Assembly (NCBI GenBank): GCA_034722955.1
Contig: JAYEOM010000013.1
Coordinates: 1 to 22,947 of the forward strand
Direction: 5' to 3'
Length of the DNA stretch: 22,947 nucleotides
Source: Campylobacterota bacterium
Lineage (GTDB): Bacteria > Campylobacterota > Campylobacteria > Campylobacterales > Sulfurovaceae
Made by a program: the position numbers and the translations under genes. The notes beneath the pieces are model-generated. The model was not told where the DNA came from, ran no database searches, and saw only the letters and a list, made by a program, of their open reading frames with translations. This document shows positions 18,368-22,947 of this stretch, one piece after another. Within the stretch, counting starts at the first letter, position 1. The number at the start of each line of letters is the position of its first letter.

Positions 18368-19372
18368 CTACTCTTTCATCATAACTATCTCTTCCCTGCT
18401 GAGTCCTGTCATTTGCACGATCAGATCCAACTCAATATCTGCTGCCAAAAGATTTTTGGCTATTTTGAGCTTTTCTTTTTTCACTCCTTCTTCAAGACCT
18501 TTTTTCAACCCCTCCTTAATCCCCTCTCTCTTCCCCTCTCTCTTCCCCTCTCTCTTCCCCTCTCTCTTCCCCTCTCTCATTCCTTTTTTCATCCCCTCTC
18601 TCTGTCCCTCCTCTTCACCCTTCTTGAATCCCTCCTCAAGCCCACTCTTGATAGCAAAGTCAAAACTATTGAGTAGGTCTCTATAGACTTTGAGGTTCTT
18701 ATGATAGTTCTCTTGTTGGTTTTTTGGCATTGAGGCGAACTCTGCTTTATCAAAGGCATTTTTGATGATATCGTTTTGGAGTTCAGTTGGTATATCATTC
18801 ATACGGTTTAAGTTTTGGAATACATATATCCACCACTCTAGGTGAGTGGATAGCTCCTCTTTTGTTTTTTTGAGTTTGGGTATCTCTAGGTAGACCATAT
18901 TGAGTTTATCATACATCACATCATTGGTGTAGATATCTATGATTTTACCGTGGTGTAGGTATTGGGGTTTATCTCTAAATCTATCTATCTCAAAGTTGAG
19001 CAGTCCTACAAAGTATACAGGGGTGAGTTCAAAGTTCCATCCTCCTTTGATACCTTGTTGCTGTATAGGGAATGATGTATAGTAGAGTGCTCTACTTTGG
19101 AAATGCTCTTGAGATATCTTTTGGAGTTCTACTATGAATTGATTGCCTTTTTCATCTTCGCACATCATATCTATGATAGCTTTTCTCTCTTCGGGTGCTT
19201 CGGGCAACAACTCACCATTTTTAAAGGTGATCTCTTTGATCCTGTCTCTACCTTCAAACTTGAGTATATCATTGAGTAGGCTTTTGAGCAGATCGGTGCT
19301 GTTTGGGTCTCCAAAGATTTTCTTGAAACCAAAGTCTGTAAAGGGGTTGATGTATTTTGATACTTGGCACAT
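18368..19372 (-). CDS. Rpn family recombination-promoting nuclease / PD-(D/E)XK putative transposase
   Basis: NPFTDFGFKKIFG, IIDMMCED..G.QFIVELQ and RALYY motifs, an (xxEG)n repeat tract, and C-terminal IAKNLL...I...TGLSREEI. Confidence 0.92.
   Translation of the reverse strand: MCQVSKYINPFTDFGFKKIFGDPNSTDLLKSLLNDILKFEGRDRIKEITFKNGELLPEAPEERKAIIDMMCEDEKGNQFIVELQKISQEHFQSRALYYTSFPIQQQGIKGGWNFELTPVYFVGLLNFEIDRFRDKPQYLHHGKIIDIYTNDVMYDKLNMVYLEIPKLKKTKEELSTHLEWWIYVFQNLNRMNDIPTELQNDIIKNAFDKAEFASMPKNQQENYHKNLKVYRDLLNSFDFAIKSGLEEGFKKGEEEGQREGMKKGMREGKREGKREGKREGKREGIKEGLKKGLEEGVKKEKLKIAKNLLAADIELDLIVQMTGLSREEIVMMKE
18520..18578. repeat. 12-bp in-frame tandem repeat, about 5 copies, encoding (REGK)n in the Rpn protein
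   Basis: Four perfect TCCCCTCTCTCT units plus 11 bases of a fifth, within a longer degenerate 4-aa periodic tract. Confidence 0.95.
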
Positions 19373-19394
19373 TAGGATTCTCTTTTTTGGGATT

Positions 19395-19403
19395 ATTATA
19401 GCA
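19395..19403 (-). promoter_or_regulatory. Extended -10 promoter (TGCTATAAT) for the rpn gene
   Basis: Perfect TGnTATAAT consensus 22 bp upstream of the ATG. Confidence 0.65.
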
Positions 19404-19559
19404 TAGAAATGAGAACTATTCTAGTTAAATTAGCCTTAGAGGTATAAACGCTATTTTCAGTCATCCCGTTGTAGAATATAGTAATCGCTAATTATTGGAT
19501 TTCTTGCTTAACTTAGTGCCATTCACGGCAGGGGTATGGCTCGAAATATCAGTAGATAC

Positions 19560-19619
19560 TAGGGGTCTGGTGTTGAGTGTTTCATTCAGCTACGCTTCAC
19601 AAAACACTCAACACCCCTA
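19560..19619. repeat. REP-like palindrome related to the 137-221 element
   Basis: Perfect 14-bp arms GGTGTTGAGTGTTT (19569-19582) and AAACACTCAACACC (19602-19615), with outer TAGG/CCTA pairing. AGGGGTCTGGTGTTG versus AGGGGTCAGGTGATG is 13/15 identical. Confidence 0.8.
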
Positions 19620-19676
19620 ACATTCTCTTAAATTCCTTATTTCATTGGCAATGCCGAGGATGGATGGGAACGAGCG

Positions 19677-19806
19677 AAAAGCAAAAAGAGAGATCAAAGT
19701 GAGAGAGGACAGTAAGTCATTATTGATTTTAGACGGGGATTAGACTAGCAGTTGTATCTCTGCCATCCAATCACCACTTTTCATATTTTGATATTTGACA
19801 AATTTC
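19677..19806 (+). repeat. Intact 130-bp A'+B copy (orphan mltG tail plus lemA upstream region)
   Basis: Encodes KAKREIKVREDSKSLLILDGD-stop versus KEKREIKVRESNKSLLILDED-stop in mltG, then continues into segment B. Confidence 0.9.
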
Positions 19807-19809
19807 AGT

Positions 19810-19815
19810 TATAAT
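19810..19815 (+). promoter_or_regulatory. -10 box (TATAAT) for lemA
   Basis: TATAAT followed by an AAGGAG RBS and the ATG at 19835. Confidence 0.55.
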
Positions 19816-19834
19816 ATATGCAAAAGGAGAAGTT

Positions 19835-20398
19835 ATGAATTTTGGAAATATTATACTGTTAGTATTGGTTGCGATTGTTGGGTATGCGATTATTATCTAC
19901 AACAAATTTGTATCTCTACGGGCTGGGATGGATGCTTCTTGGTCAGATATAGATGTACAGCTCAAGAGGCGTTATGATTTGATACCTGCACTTGTAGAGA
20001 CAGTCAAGGGGTACAAAGATTATGAATCTTCTACACTAGAAAAGGTAGTACAAGCACGACAACAAGGCGTTGATGCGACAACAGTGGGAGAGAAAGAGGT
20101 AGCAGCATCTATGCTCTCTAGTGCATTGGGTAAGTTTTTTGCACTTGCTGAGGATTATCCTGACCTCAAGGCAAACACAACTTTTTTGCAACTTCAAGGT
20201 GAACTGAGCAGTATAGAAGATGCTATACAGAATGCACGACGATACTACAATGCTATCGTCAGAGACAACAATGCAAAAGTTGAATCTTTTCCAGATCTAT
20301 TTGTAGCACAGAAGTTCAACTTTGAAAAACGAGACTACTTTGAACTTGATGAGGATGAAGCATCTACAGCAACTAAGATGCCCAAAATAGATCTATGA
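19835..20398 (+). CDS. lemA: LemA family protein
   Basis: N-terminal TM; YN.......WSDIDVQLKRRYDLIP.LVETVKGY, AEDYPDLKAN and ARRYYN motifs. Confidence 0.95.
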   Translation: MNFGNIILLVLVAIVGYAIIIYNKFVSLRAGMDASWSDIDVQLKRRYDLIPALVETVKGYKDYESSTLEKVVQARQQGVDATTVGEKEVAASMLSSALGKFFALAEDYPDLKANTTFLQLQGELSSIEDAIQNARRYYNAIVRDNNAKVESFPDLFVAQKFNFEKRDYFELDEDEASTATKMPKIDL

Positions 20399-22257
20399 AA
20401 AAGTTTTTTATTCTTCTTCTCCTCTTTGCAGGAAGTAGCACTCTGCTGTTGGCTGAAAAGATCTCCAAATATGATACGAGCATCACTGTCAAGCAAGATG
20501 GCAGACTCAATATCACAGAGAGTATAGAGTATGATTTTCAAGGAGCTTCAAGACATGGTATCTTTCGTGATATTCCATTTACAGTCAAAAATAGCGGATT
20601 TCCTAAGGATTTGGGTATCGATCACTTCAGTGTCAAGATGGATGGCAAAGATGTAGAGTGGCAAACAGTAATACTCAGCAATACAGACTCAGGAGAGATG
20701 ATCCGTATCAGGATAGGATCACCTGATATCAAGATAACAGGCATACATACCTATACTATCGGCTATCAAGTCCAAAAAGGTGTACTTCCCTCATCTATAG
20801 ACTCTTCGCATGATGCCGTGCGGTGGAATGTCATAGGGACGGGGTGGGAGATACCTATAGAGAATATAACAAGCGATTTTTATCTGCCACCATCTCTATC
20901 CCAAAACAATATAGAGATCAAAAGTTTCCAAGGCACTTATGGCTCCAAAAAAGAGGCAGGGGCAGCCCTATGGATAGATGCCCATCACTTTCAACACAAA
21001 GTTAACTCTTTAGCACCTCACGAAGGGGTAACCATAGAGGCGAGCTATCCCGAAGGCATACTTGACCTAAAGGGTAGAGATGTGATGGCAAATACTCTAT
21101 CCGAAGAGATTATTGTTGGGTGGCATTGGCCTGTTTTTGCTGGATTTTTACTCTATCTATGGTTTTATTTGCGGAGATATACAGGGGTATCAGACAAGAG
21201 ATCGATAGCAGTACAGTATAATCTGCCAAAAGATATGGATATACTCCAAGCTGGTCTCATCTACGATAAGTTTACAGATGATGCTGATTTCTCTGCTGCA
21301 CTGCTGGAGTTGGCACAAAAAGGGTATATGGAGATCACCCAAAAGAGAACAATAGATCATCCTCTCCTGAAAAAAACAGCCAAAAGCACCAAGGATCTCA
21401 GTGAAGATTTAAAATATCTAATGGATGAGATACTTTTTTACAAAAAAAGCAGTTACAGACTCAAACGAAGCTCATCTACAGAGTCCGCCCGTGTCAAAGA
21501 TGGTTTTGACAAGATTAACGAAATGCTATACCTATGGTCTGTAAAAGAGGGATACATGCGTGAAAACCCTAAAAATATAAGAAAAACATTTATAAAGACC
21601 TCCCTGCTTCTTATGTTGCCTATCACTCTATTTGCACTCTACTCTACATTTGTCACCTCAGGTATAGAGATGATAATTTTGCCACTTTTTGCATCTATTT
21701 TTATAGGTGTAGGTCTATCAGTTGCTATACAAAAAGGGGTATTTGTTAAGATCTTTGGCTCTGTTTTTATACTAGGCGGTATGATACCGCTATCTATATT
21801 GCTACTTAATGGAGGTTCTATATCTACCTTTTTGGGCAGTTCGCTGATGGTTGTTATCCTTCTTTTTGTCGCTATATATTTCGTATATAGAGATCTAGGA
21901 GCCTATACACAAAAGGGTGCCTCTAGCTACAAACAAATATTGGGACTCAAAGAGTTTATGACGCGTGTCAAAGCTGATGAGATACGCAGAAGACTGAAAG
22001 ATGATCCTCTATATATGGAAAAGACTCTTCCCTATGCTCTACTGTTTGGACTGAGCGACCATTGGCTTGAACTCTTTGATACTCTTGAAGTCTCTCACCC
22101 TCTATGGTATCATGGCTCACTGCACAATATAGGAGGTCTATCATCATCTATGAACAGTGCCTCCACACAACCACCATCTAGCAGTAGTGGTGGCTCATCA
22201 GGAGGAGGCGGCTTCTCCGGCGGAGGCGGCGGAGGCGGAGGCGGAGGCTCGTGGTAA
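20395..22257 (+). CDS. DUF2207 domain membrane protein
   Basis: Signal peptide, ITESIEYDF...RHGIFRDIP, WNVIGTGW..PI, LPYALLFG and a Gly/Ser-rich tail ending GGGGGGSW. 4-bp overlap with lemA, a common pairing. Confidence 0.9.
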   Translation: MKKFFILLLLFAGSSTLLLAEKISKYDTSITVKQDGRLNITESIEYDFQGASRHGIFRDIPFTVKNSGFPKDLGIDHFSVKMDGKDVEWQTVILSNTDSGEMIRIRIGSPDIKITGIHTYTIGYQVQKGVLPSSIDSSHDAVRWNVIGTGWEIPIENITSDFYLPPSLSQNNIEIKSFQGTYGSKKEAGAALWIDAHHFQHKVNSLAPHEGVTIEASYPEGILDLKGRDVMANTLSEEIIVGWHWPVFAGFLLYLWFYLRRYTGVSDKRSIAVQYNLPKDMDILQAGLIYDKFTDDADFSAALLELAQKGYMEITQKRTIDHPLLKKTAKSTKDLSEDLKYLMDEILFYKKSSYRLKRSSSTESARVKDGFDKINEMLYLWSVKEGYMRENPKNIRKTFIKTSLLLMLPITLFALYSTFVTSGIEMIILPLFASIFIGVGLSVAIQKGVFVKIFGSVFILGGMIPLSILLLNGGSISTFLGSSLMVVILLFVAIYFVYRDLGAYTQKGASSYKQILGLKEFMTRVKADEIRRRLKDDPLYMEKTLPYALLFGLSDHWLELFDTLEVSHPLWYHGSLHNIGGLSSSMNSASTQPPSSSSGGSSGGGGFSGGGGGGGGGGSW

Positions 22258-22264
22258 GAGCCAA

Positions 22265-22768
22265 CTATCCTCTATAGTCAAATTTTGATCTAGTAGGTAT
22301 CACCAATAAAAAACCCGAAGCGGAGAGTGCAGAGAGTATAAGAAATGTGTCAAAATCAAGTGTCTGCAAGAATACTACCATGCCTATTATCACTATAGAT
22401 TCAAATATAGCCATTGAGATAAACATAATGGTTGTATATCTTGTTTTAAAACTTTTACTCTTCTCCTCCTCACTCTCAAAACTTTGATCTTTTGTATCCT
22501 CAACTAACTTGTTGTAACTCTTGTCAAAATAGATATATCCTACTGCAAACAGTATGGCAGAGGTTATATAGATGCTACTATAGATAGATAGACCCATAAA
22601 TAGTGTATCTTGCAATACCTCCATAGTGTACATCGGTACAAACATCTCTTCTGACTTGATGATATAACAGATAAAAATATATATAAAAAGTGTCATAAAC
22701 ATACTACCCCACAAGATAAGCAATACAAATCTATCTTTTTGTGATCTGTCTGATGAGTTATAGTTCAT
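22265..22768 (-). CDS. Hypothetical membrane protein (about 4 TM, 167 aa)
   Basis: Four hydrophobic segments. Start placed at ATG 22768 because an AAGGGAG RBS (22773-22779) and TATAAT (22788-22793) lie inside the longer ORF call. Confidence 0.7.
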   Translation of the reverse strand: MNYNSSDRSQKDRFVLLILWGSMFMTLFIYIFICYIIKSEEMFVPMYTMEVLQDTLFMGLSIYSSIYITSAILFAVGYIYFDKSYNKLVEDTKDQSFESEEEKSKSFKTRYTTIMFISMAIFESIVIIGMVVFLQTLDFDTFLILSALSASGFLLVIPTRSKFDYRG

Positions 22769-22947
22769 GACACTCCCTTTAATACTTATTATACAATATA
22801 AAGATACAAATATCTGCATAAATGTAAACTAAAAATATTTACTTTATCTGATGTCATTAAAACCTTTTTAACTATAGTTTATCTCAGATAGTTTGAACGC
22901 TATACGCATTTAACTCCATTATGTTTTAATATCAATTACGCTCTTCA

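Noticed and set aside
18251..18686. Plus-strand ORFs with LPLS/FPSL repeats
   Set aside because: Antisense read-through of the 12-bp repeat in rpn, with no independent coding evidence.
17390..19806. CRISPR array or classical IS/prophage explanation for the repeats
   Set aside because: There are no regularly spaced short repeats with unique spacers, no terminal inverted repeats, and no cas, DDE transposase or integrase gene.
19795..19815. TTGACA plus TATAAT as a canonical sigma70 promoter
   Set aside because: The spacing is only 9 bp, so only the -10 box is retained as a call.
22185..22250. GC-rich GGA/GGC repeat tract
   Set aside because: It is the ordinary poly-Gly/Ser tail of DUF2207 proteins.
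22769..22819. Longer N-terminus (184 aa) for the last ORF
   Set aside because: The extension contains the -10 box and RBS for the ATG at 22768.
22868..22909. 13-aa minus-strand mini-ORF MRIAFKLSEINYS with GGAG RBS, whose leader shares TTAAAACATAA with positions 18-28
   Set aside because: Too short to support, close to the window edge, and the AT-rich match is plausibly chance.

Overview
AT-rich chromosomal window from a Campylobacterota bacterium, probably Sulfurovum/Sulfurimonas-like. This is inferred from gene content and from extended -10 promoters (TGnTATAAT) that lack a spaced -35 box. Most genes are housekeeping or envelope related: a truncated ybhR-like ABC-2 permease, a TolC-MFP-RND efflux operon, an SGNH lipoprotein, an EEP-family protein, an ABC-F ATPase, a glycine-zipper protein, SulP, DUF2279, an L,D-transpeptidase, mltG, lemA-DUF2207 and a membrane protein. 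Two regions stand out. (1) A stand-alone B12-dependent glutamate (methylaspartate) mutase S/E pair has no glmL or methylaspartate ammonia-lyase in the window. It lies divergent from an RraA/HMG-aldolase gene with a structured 5' leader, and upstream of the L,D-transpeptidase. (2) A nested insertion hotspot of about 2.3 kb lies between mltG and lemA. A 130-bp segment (mltG 3' end plus lemA upstream region) is present twice at about 89% identity around an Rpn-family nuclease gene. The left copy is split at the mltG TAG stop by a 743-bp insert bounded by a duplicated TAG. Remnants of several REP-like palindrome types sit near the junctions, and a related palindrome marks the break in the ybhR-like gene. 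All calls come from reading motifs by eye; no database searches were run.
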